This document shows positions 16,306 to 25,022 of a stretch of 32,000 bases of DNA, piece after piece. The stretch is taken from positions 1 to 32,000 of the forward strand of contig NC_013966.1 in the NCBI RefSeq assembly GCF_000025685.1. Reading direction: 5' to 3'. This DNA comes from Haloferax volcanii DS2 (lineage in GTDB: Archaea > Halobacteriota > Halobacteria > Halobacteriales > Haloferacaceae). The translations under genes were made by a program, and so were the position numbers. A model generated the notes under the pieces. It saw only the letters and a list, made by a program, of their open reading frames with translations. It was not told the DNA's origin and searched no databases. Position 1 is the stretch's first letter; every line of letters starts with the position of its first letter.

Positions 16306-16334
16306 CTGAGGAACGCCGGACCGGCGTTCCTCAG
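16306..16334 (+). terminator. Perfect 14-bp stem-loop just after the IS110 transposase stop
   Basis: The sequence is ctgaggaacgccgg-a-ccggcgttcctcag. It is conserved in copy 2, with a compensated loop region. Confidence 0.4.
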
Positions 16335-16537
16335 TGGCCGGATGAGGCCAGCGTAAGCGACAGCTCTAGCAAGACTCGTTCCGACCGCCTACCGGTTGTG
16401 GAGGTCTCAATCACCACGTTGTCTAGTGGTTTCTCGTCGTTGAGGGACTAGAGAAGCTAGATCGTGCGAACAACTTTATCGCCAGCGGTGGTTAGTTGAG
16501 CCAGCAGAATTTCCATAGGTGAATACAGCGCGCAAAT

Positions 16538-16759
16538 TCACCGAATAAACGACGTGCCTACCACGATGAAAATCCCCACAATAGAGAGAACGATTGAGAC
16601 CATCCCTACCAGTCGTTCAATCTGGAGTTGACCACGGAGAGACGGGTGAGCCGCCATTGCTGGGCCACTCGGCATCGGGCCGCTAGTCAAGATAACCCCG
16701 ATTACACCCGCCAAGACGAGTGTCCAGCCAACATTTCGCCCCATTTTCAGGGAATCCAT
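16538..16759 (-). CDS. Small two-TM membrane protein trapped between the two IS110 copies
   Basis: The 73-aa ORF has two hydrophobic helices (WTLVLAGVIGVILTS and MVSIVLSIVGIFIVVGT). It is the only ORF in the 336-bp inter-IS segment. Confidence 0.4.
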   Translation of the reverse strand: MDSLKMGRNVGWTLVLAGVIGVILTSGPMPSGPAMAAHPSLRGQLQIERLVGMVSIVLSIVGIFIVVGTSFIR

Positions 16760-16861
16760 GTTAGCATCTCGTGACAGGCAATTATGGTCTTTTTGTGTGT
16801 AGCTCCTCGGTTGTGAATATACCCCGACAGACCAGTACGAATTTGCTGAATGTAGCCTCTA

Positions 16862-18325
16862 TATTCACCTATGGAAATTCTGCTGGCTCAACTAACCACC
16901 GCTAGCGATAAAGTTGTTCGCACGATTCCGTGTCTCTCGTTCTTCAACGGTGAAAAACCACTGGGCAACGTGGTGATTGAGACCTCCACAACCGATAGGC
17001 GGTCGGTACGAGTTCCGCGATAGCTGTCGCTCACGCTGGTTCCATCCGGCCACTGAGGAACGCCGGACTGGCGTTCCTCAGATTCCCTTCCTCAGGCGCT
17101 CACCCCCGGTGGATCGTAGACTTCCTCCCGGACGAGCATGTAGTACATCGAGACGAGCAGTTTTCGCGCCGTCGCAACGATTGCTTTTTTCGGGTTCATC
17201 CGACGGTTCAACCGGTGGAAGAACCGGCTCAGATACTCGTCTTTACACGTGTACACTGCTGAGTATGCACTCTGAACCAAAATCCACCGCACCCGTCCTG
17301 AACCACGTTTCGAGATACCACCCTCGATCCGCGAGTCGCCGGACTCGCGGATCGTCGGGTTCAGCCCCATGTAACTCACGACCTCCTTGTGGCTGTCGAA
17401 CCGATCAACTTCTCCAAGTTCTGCGTAGATCAGCAACGCGGAGTAGTAACTGACTCCAGGAATCGTCATGAGCAGCTGGGTCTCCTTCAGAGACCCAGCG
17501 CGCTCCTCAATCGCAGCTTCCAGCTGTGTCATCTGCTCGGTCAGGGTCTCAACCACGTCAAGGTACGACTCCAACAACGCGTCCCACGGGGACGGGAGCG
17601 AGAGTTCCCGGAGGAACTCTCGTCCCTTCACGCTCAGTGGCTTCACCTCGCGGGTGATACCGTTGTCAGCGAGCAAGCCATGGATCTTGTTGGCGAACTT
17701 GGTGCGATCTTCGACCAATGTCTGTCGCCCGCGCACGAGTGCGCGGGCTTGCCTGATCTCGTCGGTGGGAACGTAACTCTGCGGAACGGAGTTGAGTCGA
17801 AGCAACCGCGCGAGTTCTTTGGCGTCGACGCGGTCGGTTTTCTTGTCGGAGTGAGCGATGAGCGTCAGTTTACCTGGATGAGCGACGGTTACGTCCAAGT
17901 ACTCCGCGAGCGTATCGTAGACGTGGTAGTAATTGCTGGTCGCCTCGATGACCGCACGAGAGCCAGCGTAGCGTCGAGCGAGATCGTCGAGGTTCGCGTT
18001 TTTGACGCGAACCTCTTCGACAATCTGGCCTTCGCTGTCGATTACTGCTACCTGTGCGTACCGTTTGTGTAAGTCGATTCCGAGGTACATTGCTTGTTCC
18101 TCCGGGATAGGACGGCGGTGCGTGAATCAGAACTTCACCTATGCGGGCTTTCCCGGATGCCGCCAGGAGCGGCATCCGGGCTGTGACGCCCATAACTCGG
18201 CTTCTTTCGCACTCGGACCAGTCAGCACCACGTGCTCTGGGGCACGGAATACAGCTCGGTCTCTTGCGTCCCATGCTTGATTCACGCTCCGCAGGGATAG
18301 CAGAATTTCCATCAAGTCAGCACGA
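16862..18325 (-). mobile_element. IS110-family insertion sequence, copy 2 (1464 bp, inverted relative to copy 1)
   Basis: It has the same termini as copy 1. The right ends of the two copies face each other. Confidence 0.8.
17092..18090 (-). CDS. IS110-family transposase, copy 2
   Basis: It is 332 aa and differs from copy 1 at 17 positions by my count. Confidence 0.93.
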   Translation of the reverse strand: MYLGIDLHKRYAQVAVIDSEGQIVEEVRVKNANLDDLARRYAGSRAVIEATSNYYHVYDTLAEYLDVTVAHPGKLTLIAHSDKKTDRVDAKELARLLRLNSVPQSYVPTDEIRQARALVRGRQTLVEDRTKFANKIHGLLADNGITREVKPLSVKGREFLRELSLPSPWDALLESYLDVVETLTEQMTQLEAAIEERAGSLKETQLLMTIPGVSYYSALLIYAELGEVDRFDSHKEVVSYMGLNPTIRESGDSRIEGGISKRGSGRVRWILVQSAYSAVYTCKDEYLSRFFHRLNRRMNPKKAIVATARKLLVSMYYMLVREEVYDPPGVSA

Positions 18326-18494
18326 GGTTCTTGTCATAATTTGAGGGTTACCTACTGAACTCCTTACTCCAATCTCGCCGATAGAGAGTTGTTTTTCGCC
18401 AGTCAGGGGTGCAGGCGTCTCAACAGGCCTGTGACGCAACTTCAGTGACGCAAAATGAACCAGCGTATCCAACGACGTGAGGTGAACCCGATCA

Positions 18495-18671
18495 ATGTCG
18501 GTTGACCTCAACGAGATCGAACAGGCAGAGGTCGACCTCGAAGAGTGGTTAGTCGAACAGGCAACGTCCGGTGTTCCCGAACTCGTCCTCGTCAATCTCC
18601 TCCGTGACTACGCGGACGACGTCGAGGACCTTGGCTACGTCCCACGAATGTGGGGCAACAGCAAGCAGTGA
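18495..18671 (+). CDS. Small acidic hypothetical protein (58 aa), below the ORF-track cutoff
   Basis: It reads MSVDLNEIEQAEVDLEEWLVEQATSGVPELVLVNLLRDYADDVEDLGYVPRMWGNSKQ*. The composition is typically haloarchaeal, and a T-run follows at 18698-18703. Confidence 0.5.
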   Translation: MSVDLNEIEQAEVDLEEWLVEQATSGVPELVLVNLLRDYADDVEDLGYVPRMWGNSKQ

Positions 18672-18755
18672 TGTGAATTCCGTTCGACTCGCCGTTGTTT
18701 TTTCGCGCCCGCGATGGGCGGAGGCGCGCGGAAGTGCAGACGTGCCTCGACAACC

Positions 18756-19970
18756 ATGCCAGACGAACGAATCCGAACAGTCGTTGCGTCGCTCGTCGAG
18801 CCGACGTCGCACAAAGAGCAGAAGCTTCAGAACCTGCAGTCAACCTATCGGGAAGCCCTCTGTGAAGCGTTCGACGCCAACGCAACGACGATGACGGCGG
18901 TCAACGATATTGTAACGCCCTACGACCTCCCGTACCAAGCGAAGGACGCGTTGAAGCGCCATGTTCCAGGCCTCCTCAAGAGCGGGTCAGCAGAACTCAG
19001 CGAGACCCAACCGATTCGGTTTACCAACCGGGCGGCGGTATTCGATCATTCCACCGACCGGACGCACGCATTCTGCTGGGAAGTTCCCCAACCTGGCCGT
19101 GGCACCAACTTCTGGATTCCGCTCGCAATCAATCCAGACCAACGCAAGTGGTGGCTCCAGTTGCTTGATGGCGAGGCTACTGCTGGACAGCTACAGCTGA
19201 TCACCCGGCCGCGACAGGCCCGTTGGGAACTGCACGTTCCGCTCAAACTCCCAACAACGACATCCGAAGTCGATTGCGAGACCTGCACGCCGGTCGGGTT
19301 CGACGTCGGCGAAGCGATTCTCTTGACCGGCTGTGCGCTCGTGAACGGGCGGCCAGTCGATCCGTTGCTCGTGGATGGTGGCAGAGCCCGACACCTCAAT
19401 CAGACATTGCAGACGACACTCCAACGGTTGCAGGAACGTGATGCCGCAGAGTGGCGAATTGACGAGCAGGCGGCGTACTTCCGGAACGCACTTCGGGACG
19501 AGATCGAGACGGCGACGCGAAACGCTGTGGAGTATGCCGCCGGGTTCGATCAGCCGGTACTCGTCCTCGAACAGCTGACGTCGATCCAAGAGGACCTCGA
19601 CTTCGGCCCACACATGAATCGGCGACTCCATGCGTGGGCTTTCGACCAGCTGCAAACGCGACTCGCAGACAAGGCTGCCGACGCGGAGATTCCGGTTCAG
19701 TACGTCGATCCGGCGTACACGTCCCAGATCTGCCATGCGTGTGGGGTGATTGGAACCCGTCCCAAGCAAGCGGAGTTTCGCTGTACGAACGACGACTGCT
19801 GGGTGTCAGTCTATCAGGCCGATATCAACGCGGCGGCCAACATTGCAGGTCGCCTTGATCCGTGGGGTGAGAGCTGTCCCTGGAACCCGGCCAGCGATGA
19901 CACGCTACGGAACGGGCGCACCCGTGACAGTGCCACAGGACCTCGTGAGCAGAGCCCGTCACAGCGATGA
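18756..19970 (+). CDS. tnpB: TnpB-family RNA-guided endonuclease (IS605 OrfB), second type
   Basis: It contains VGFDVGEAILL, the WAF motif (HAWAFDQLQ), the zinc finger CHACG...CTNDDC, and an intact RuvC-III YQADINAAANIA. ATG 18756 (MPDERIRTV) is preferred over 18714. Confidence 0.88.
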   Translation: MPDERIRTVVASLVEPTSHKEQKLQNLQSTYREALCEAFDANATTMTAVNDIVTPYDLPYQAKDALKRHVPGLLKSGSAELSETQPIRFTNRAAVFDHSTDRTHAFCWEVPQPGRGTNFWIPLAINPDQRKWWLQLLDGEATAGQLQLITRPRQARWELHVPLKLPTTTSEVDCETCTPVGFDVGEAILLTGCALVNGRPVDPLLVDGGRARHLNQTLQTTLQRLQERDAAEWRIDEQAAYFRNALRDEIETATRNAVEYAAGFDQPVLVLEQLTSIQEDLDFGPHMNRRLHAWAFDQLQTRLADKAADAEIPVQYVDPAYTSQICHACGVIGTRPKQAEFRCTNDDCWVSVYQADINAAANIAGRLDPWGESCPWNPASDDTLRNGRTRDSATGPREQSPSQR

Positions 19971-20340
19971 CGCTCACGGGATCAGTCCTGAAACCTCGGT
20001 ACTCCCCCCCCTGTGCGAGGGGCCATGAGGCAAGGATGTCACTTCGGGTGGTCTGCCTACGACCGTAGGTAGGCAGTCAACGTAGGGCGAATCGATGAGC
20101 AAGAGCGCGTTGACCCGTAATGAGAGAGCCTGACTTGGAAACTGACAGGCAATGACTCGTCACGGGATGGGAGCACTCGTGATAGTGCCACGACCCACCG
20201 GAAGCCGAGCGAGCAATCCTCGTGGCTGACGCTTCCGAGTCGTCGGGTCGAAACCCGTTCACATCCTCCTGTGGAGGATATCATTCCGTCTCGGAACGTG
20301 GGATATCACTCCGGGCATGTGGGCACTCCTTGACCAGATG
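19971..20340 (+). other. Structured non-coding region 3' of tnpB (candidate right end / omega-RNA scaffold)
   Basis: It has two hairpins: ctgcctac..gtaggcag (about 20054-20078) and atcctcc-tgt-ggaggat (about 20265-20281). No credible ORF is present. Confidence 0.3.
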
Positions 20341-20347
20341 GAGTTCG

Positions 20348-20405
20348 GACGGCACGCACCGCTCGCCGCATTCCGCCCTCCGCGTCGCTCGCGACCGACC
20401 ATTCC
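20348..20405 (+). repeat. GC-rich dispersed repeat, partial copy C
   Basis: The 56 bp at 20350-20405 are identical to 14960-15015. Confidence 0.7.
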
Positions 20406-20691
20406 GGGCTGTCGCGGTCTCGCTCCTTCGTCACTCGACCGCGTTCCGGGCTAAAGTGAATCTGGTCTCGACGCCAGCATTAAGCGCGTTTTCGGTTGCG
20501 CCCCTCGCGGGCTTTCGCGTTCCAGCGCTTTGGGCCGTTCCGCGCGGCGAGTCACACCACGACTCGCCGTGCTCACGACCGTCGCCCTGGACACGGACCC
20601 GCAGTCCGGGCCGGACACGAGAAACGGCTTAAAGCTGGCCGCTTGCTCCGGGCGGGTCGGCGCGCGGTGCTGGTTGGGTGGCCTCCCTATG

Positions 20692-20747
20692 GCGCGCTCT
20701 CGCTCGCGCCCCAGGGGGCGCTCGCGAAGGCGCGAGCGAGAGCGCGC
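20692..20747. repeat. Perfect 17-bp inverted repeat with a 22-nt spacer
   Basis: gcgcgctctcgctcgcg (20692-20708) pairs with cgcgagcgagagcgcgc (20731-20747). Two more hairpins follow: accgcgatg/catcgcggt (20779-20802) and ggcgc-tga-gcgcc (20808-20820). Confidence 0.75.
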
Positions 20748-20840
20748 AGATGGTTCTGTCGGTCGGTGTCGTCGGAAAACCGCGATGTAGCAGCATCGCG
20801 GTGTCGGGCGCTGAGCGCCTTCAGGTCTATGGTGAGACCA

Positions 20841-21737
20841 ATGTCAAGTAACAACGCAACCAGTAATGTAGTTTCGGTCGATGAACAGGCATTCGAAAAG
20901 GCGGACGAAGCGGCGGTCGACGAAGACGGCTTCGAGGTCGTTGATGAGACGCCGGAGTTCCGGGCGACGGTGCAGATGGAGGTGCAGGCGAAGGTCGATG
21001 CGAACCACCCGGACGGGATGGTCGACACCAGTGACGAGCGGATCTACGGTGCGACCCTCGAACAGGAAGAGCGCATTCGGGCGCGAGAGGCTGAGCTGGA
21101 GCGTATCAGTGCCCAGGCAGAGCTGGGGACGCAGGAAGGTCGGGAGAAGCGGACGCGAGAGATTGCGGCGAAGCGGAGCGCTGAGCGGCGTGCAGAGTTC
21201 CAGAAGCGGGCGGCGAGCGTGAACCCGATGGCTGACCTGGAGCGAGGCGATCCCCGTGCAGAACTCACGCAGGAGCAGTTGGCGGCGGTGAACAAGCAGT
21301 CGATGCGGCTGGCGGAGAAGCTGGATGGCTGGTCGCGAGCGGCGATTGGTCGGCGGCTGGGTGAGGCCGTCGTCGGTGGGAAAGACCTGATGAGCGCGGT
21401 CGTCGGCGTGTTCGAGGAGTTGCAGACGGCACCCGGGACGGTGGTTCCCATCGGGAAGCTCGAGGACGTCAATCGCAAAGAAGTGAGCATCGAGGGTCGT
21501 GTGACGCAGCTTTGGGAGCCGTCGAGTTCAGCCATTTCCCAAGTGGGGCTCATCGAAGACGACAGTGGGAAGACGAAATTCACCAGTTGGGTTGCGAGTG
21601 ACCAACCGTGGATCGAGGAGGGCGAGCGCGTTCGCATTCACGGAGCGGCGAAGAACTGGTACAATGGGCGCGTCTCGGTAGCTCTGACCGGCTGGAGCAC
21701 CGTGCATTTCCCTGAGCGCGGTCGGTGGTGGGAGTAG
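20841..21737 (+). CDS. OB-fold nucleic-acid-binding protein (RPA-like C-terminal domain)
   Basis: The C-terminus reads VSIEGRVTQLWEPSSSAISQVGLIEDDSGKTKFTSW...RVRIHGAAKNWYNGRVSVALTGWSTV, a typical OB barrel pattern. The start is ATG 20841 or 20829. The longer track ORF from 20496 translates GC-rich repeats. Confidence 0.7.
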   Translation: MSSNNATSNVVSVDEQAFEKADEAAVDEDGFEVVDETPEFRATVQMEVQAKVDANHPDGMVDTSDERIYGATLEQEERIRAREAELERISAQAELGTQEGREKRTREIAAKRSAERRAEFQKRAASVNPMADLERGDPRAELTQEQLAAVNKQSMRLAEKLDGWSRAAIGRRLGEAVVGGKDLMSAVVGVFEELQTAPGTVVPIGKLEDVNRKEVSIEGRVTQLWEPSSSAISQVGLIEDDSGKTKFTSWVASDQPWIEEGERVRIHGAAKNWYNGRVSVALTGWSTVHFPERGRWWE

Positions 21738-21751
21738 CCGTCGTCGCACCC

Positions 21752-21760
21752 TTCTTTTTT
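21752..21760 (+). terminator. T-run terminator candidate after the OB-fold gene
   Basis: ttctttttt lies 15 nt after the stop. Confidence 0.4.
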
Positions 21761-21972
21761 GCTACGTGCCAGACCGACCCAGGCCCCACCGCCCCACCCT
21801 CCGCTCCGTGCTCGCTTCGCTGCGCGCGCAGCCACGACCTTGCGAACTATTAACACAGACAAGTTACTGCCCATTGATAAATTGGTGTCACAGATTTGAA
21901 TATACCTCTCGTGTCGATCACTTTCGCCCCGCTTGCGAACCATTTTTGCCGGATTAACGGGAATCGTGAGAT

Positions 21973-22293
21973 ATGAGCGAGAATTCAGATTCCGGGAACG
22001 ACTCCGGAAGCGATTCCTCCAGCAGTGACGGCCGGAAACTGTCCGGTAAAAAGGCCGAGGCCCTCTCCGCACGGAAGTCCGACACCAACACGAGAGCGAA
22101 CGCCGCCGAAAAAGCAACAACGGACAGCGGGACGAAGGTCGAGAAAAGCGGGAGCAAGCAGCCGTCGTCCGAAGCAGCTCCGAGCGCTGAGGGCGAGAGC
22201 ATCCCACGTAGCGTCCGCGGCTCGGGAGACTCCGGTGGGTCCAGCGAATCAGGGAACGGTGGTGACAGCTCCGGGTCGGGTGGCTCGGAGTAA
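21973..22293 (+). CDS. Ser/Gly/Asp-rich, probably disordered, hypothetical protein
   Basis: The 106-aa product is low-complexity. TATA-like catttttgcc lies about 27 nt upstream of the ATG. It sits 12 nt upstream of the next gene. Confidence 0.45.
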   Translation: MSENSDSGNDSGSDSSSSDGRKLSGKKAEALSARKSDTNTRANAAEKATTDSGTKVEKSGSKQPSSEAAPSAEGESIPRSVRGSGDSGGSSESGNGGDSSGSGGSE

Positions 22294-22305
22294 CCCCGGT
22301 CCAGC

Positions 22306-23010
22306 ATGGCTACAGTTCCCGGCGACATCCTCTTCTACGTCGTCTTGGTAGCGCCCGGGTTCATCGCAGTGATGACCGCGGTCAGCCTCGCAGCGGTCGA
22401 GGACGAGATATCCCAGTTCGTCCTGCTCATCTGGAGCCTGGTATCTAGCATCATCATCGACGGCTTGTTCCTCGCCGGGTACCAGCTGGTCTACAACCCG
22501 ATCGGATCGTACGAGGAACTGCGGACGTTCCTGTTCGACCCGTTCTTCCGGGTAGACCTGATCGCGCTCATCTTCCTCCTGTCGGGTGTCATCGGCGTTG
22601 CGTATGCGGTCGGCATCCTCGTCGACCTTCCCGGCCGGCTCCGCCGGACGTTGCAGGCGAAGGCGCATATCACGTACAATCCGCGTCAGCCGTGGGAGAA
22701 CTTCATGAAGGGTTCCGGGTCGATCCGTATCAAGACGAGTGACGACGAGCTGTACGCGGGCAACGTGGTCGAGTGGAGCAGGGCGGGGAAGCCGAAGGAG
22801 GTCCGGGTGAAGCACCCATACCGGTACAGCCTTGAGGAGGAGGAATACGAGTGGGTGGGCGGTGAATCAATGCTGTTCCTCGAAGATGATATCGACCGCA
22901 TCCTGCTGCGGAAAGGCGATGGAAGAGAGTCGTTCTGGGCGCGGGTCCGTTCTCGGTTGAGTCGTGATTCGTCCGCCGCCGAGGAGAATGAAGGCGAGGA
23001 CGATGACTAA
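22306..23010 (+). CDS. Membrane protein with a C-terminal soluble beta-rich domain (possibly DUF6338-like)
   Basis: It has three N-terminal TM helices, then PWENFMKGSGSIRIKTSDDELYAGNVVEWS...VRVKHPYRY. The family assignment is from memory only. Confidence 0.6.
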   Translation: MATVPGDILFYVVLVAPGFIAVMTAVSLAAVEDEISQFVLLIWSLVSSIIIDGLFLAGYQLVYNPIGSYEELRTFLFDPFFRVDLIALIFLLSGVIGVAYAVGILVDLPGRLRRTLQAKAHITYNPRQPWENFMKGSGSIRIKTSDDELYAGNVVEWSRAGKPKEVRVKHPYRYSLEEEEYEWVGGESMLFLEDDIDRILLRKGDGRESFWARVRSRLSRDSSAAEENEGEDDD

Positions 23011-23098
23011 TCTGCTCCTTGGTTAGTAGGGTTATCCGCACCGGTTCGCCATCAAATCAACGGGCCGAAGACTCAACCACCGAATCCGTCGGGCCAAG

Positions 23099-23500
23099 CT
23101 AGTCCGATTCGGCCTCGTCCCCCGCGTCGCGCTTCGCATCATCCACCATCCGATCCAGCCCGCTCTTCTCGGCCTCCTCCTCGAGGATCTGCTTCGCCCG
23201 GTCCAGGCCGACGTCCTGCACCAGATCGTCGATCGCCGCCAATCGGGCCTCGCGTTCCTTGTTTCGGGCGACTTCGCCCATCTCCCGGACGCCCTCGCAG
23301 ACGCGTTCGATGGTCTCCTCGTCCGGGCTCACGGTCGGTGCGGACTGGCCGAACTGGCCGTTGTCCCGGAAGTAGCAGACTCGAACCTCGTACCGATCCG
23401 TGTCTTCAATCCTGACAGCCTGTACCTCGGCGCGGCCCTCTTCGTCGCCCCACCGGTCCACAACAACGCGCTCAATCACTTCGTAGTTCGCCATGTGCAA
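23099..23500 (-). CDS. Hypothetical acidic protein
   Basis: The ORF is 133 aa. TATA-like gttttatgat lies about 27 nt upstream. It is co-directional with the HEPN-like gene. Confidence 0.55.
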   Translation of the reverse strand: MHMANYEVIERVVVDRWGDEEGRAEVQAVRIEDTDRYEVRVCYFRDNGQFGQSAPTVSPDEETIERVCEGVREMGEVARNKEREARLAAIDDLVQDVGLDRAKQILEEEAEKSGLDRMVDDAKRDAGDEAESD

Positions 23501-23616
23501 TTTTCACTAAATACCACTACTATCATAAAACTACCGATGAGCCGGGTTTCGGAGATAGAGGCGATATAGCCACTAATTTCGTGGAGATTGTGGTATGGGG
23601 CCGCCACCACCGGAGA

Positions 23617-24615
23617 TCAGCCGTGCTGCTCGGTCAGGTCCTCGACGTGATCGAACAAGCGTTCCTGTTTCTCCCGGAATTCGTCGTTCAACACAACCTG
23701 GTAACTGGCGTCCACCGTGACGACATCAGAGGTCGGTCGCGTCTCAGGCCCCCAGTCTGGGCGGAGATCCTCACCGTACACAAACTCGGGGTACGCAGGT
23801 TCTCCCTGGTTCTCGATCTGCCGCTTCAACCCCTGCAGCAGGTGGTTCTGTACGACCGCCGTATTGCGGCTGATGGTGAGATACGCTTCGCGGGGCCGGT
23901 CACCCATCAGGAGGACGTGCGGCTCGAAATCGTCGTCTTGCCACTTGGCCGTGGCGAGGTAGTCGTCGCACCAGTCCGGTAGGTCGACCGGTTCGGCCTG
24001 TTCGTCGATGAGGACCTGGTCGCTGTTCATCAGGATGAAGAATCCGTGTGTGATCTTGTTCCGCGCCGTCCGGAGCACGTCCCACGCCTGTTTGGCGACG
24101 AGGTAGAAGTCGCGGTACGCCTGGAGATTCCCCAGCATATGCGCGCGGTACCAGGGTTCGTCCGCTTCCGCAATGTCCAGGTCGTCGAAGTCGGGATAGG
24201 CGAAGATGGAGGCGAACCGGTCCAGGTCGGTGCTGTCGTCGATCGTGTCGAAGAAGTCGTGGATCTCGTAGTTCCGGTAGGTGAGGAGCTGCTTCGCCCG
24301 GTCCTCTGGCGGGTCGTCAGGATTCATGCTGACCGCGGCCAGCGCCTCGATGATAGACACCGTTTCCTGGATGATCTCGGCGTTCAGTGCACGGATTATG
24401 TTCTGCCCCTGTGCGGGCGTGAGGGGTTCGTCGAAGTCGATGGACCCGTTTCGGATCTCGTCGATGGTCCGCGATGCGTTGCGGATGAGGAAGCTGCGGT
24501 AGTTCAGGACTTGCTGGGCCGAGGAGAGGATGGAGTGGGAGACGACGCGGTCAGGCGTGAAGTAATCCGGATGGTGGTCAAGATCGTCGGAGTTGTGCGG
24601 GTCGATAGGGGCCAT
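23617..24615 (-). CDS. Hypothetical protein with an Rx4H (HEPN-like) motif
   Basis: WDVLRTARNKITHGFFIL contains the R-N-x3-H motif that is canonical for HEPN RNases. The region is predicted helical. ATG 24615 (MAPIDPHN) is preferred over GTG 24627. Confidence 0.6.
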   Translation of the reverse strand: MAPIDPHNSDDLDHHPDYFTPDRVVSHSILSSAQQVLNYRSFLIRNASRTIDEIRNGSIDFDEPLTPAQGQNIIRALNAEIIQETVSIIEALAAVSMNPDDPPEDRAKQLLTYRNYEIHDFFDTIDDSTDLDRFASIFAYPDFDDLDIAEADEPWYRAHMLGNLQAYRDFYLVAKQAWDVLRTARNKITHGFFILMNSDQVLIDEQAEPVDLPDWCDDYLATAKWQDDDFEPHVLLMGDRPREAYLTISRNTAVVQNHLLQGLKRQIENQGEPAYPEFVYGEDLRPDWGPETRPTSDVVTVDASYQVVLNDEFREKQERLFDHVEDLTEQHG

Positions 24616-24691
24616 ACCTCGGCCCACTCAGTGTAACCCGGTTATTCTTTCTCACATCACTCCTTCTATTCAGAGAATCTGGTTCCGTCCG

Positions 24692-24859
24692 TTAGAGGTC
24701 GCGGGGCTGTACGGTCTTCCGGTCATTCGCCTCGGTACGTCGAGCAGCGTCCTCAAGCAGTTCTTCGACCTCGGCGTCCAGCGCTTCGTAGAAGTCGGCC
24801 GAAACGTTACTGCCTTCGAGCGCGTCCTTCACGGCGGATTTTACTATCAGGTCCGTCAT
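24692..24859 (-). CDS. DUF1931 / histone-fold-like small protein (55 aa), absent from the ORF track
   Basis: It reads MTDLIVKSAVKDALEGSNVSADFYEALDAEVEELLEDAARRTEANDRKTVQPRDL*. This pattern is typical of the archaeal DUF1931/NFYB-like family. Confidence 0.7.
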   Translation of the reverse strand: MTDLIVKSAVKDALEGSNVSADFYEALDAEVEELLEDAARRTEANDRKTVQPRDL

Positions 24860-25022
24860 ATCGCCCGGTTGCTCACCGGTCGGGGTAAAATGATTTGCTA
24901 AAAACGGCGTGACGACGTCTCCTCGCAGCGTGTGGCAGGGGTTCGCGAGTGCTATCGTTTAACAGGCAAGACATAAACCGGACAGTCGGCAATCCGAGTG
25001 TAAGTGGTGTTCATCATGGCAC

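Larger units (their letters stand above)
15063..16525 (+). mobile_element. IS110-family insertion sequence, copy 1 (1463 bp)
   Basis: Boundaries were set by where the two copies stop being alike: the left end is cgtgctgacttgatgg and the right end is ccataggtgaata. Subterminal inverted repeats atggaaattctgct / agcagaatttccat are present. CAGC lies on both flanks. Confidence 0.8.

Noticed and set aside
15934-18072. Antisense ORFs inside both IS110 transposase genes (15934-16278, 16977-17453, 17389-18072)
   Set aside because: They are mirror frames of a strongly supported transposase.
20496-20840. N-terminal 115-codon extension of the OB-fold gene (track ORF starts at 20496)
   Set aside because: The extension is an Arg/Ala/Pro-rich read-through of palindromes and repeats. 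The acidic, protein-like sequence begins at MSSNNATS (20841).
21044-22815. Minus-strand ORFs 21044-21637, 21638-22207, 21954-22328 and 22249-22815
   Set aside because: They are antisense to the OB-fold, Ser/Gly-rich and membrane-protein genes, with low-complexity Ser/Arg content.
23581-24636. Plus-strand ORFs 23581-23982 and 24046-24636
   Set aside because: They are antisense to the HEPN-like gene, with the Val/Arg/Asp-rich mirror composition typical of high-GC antisense frames.
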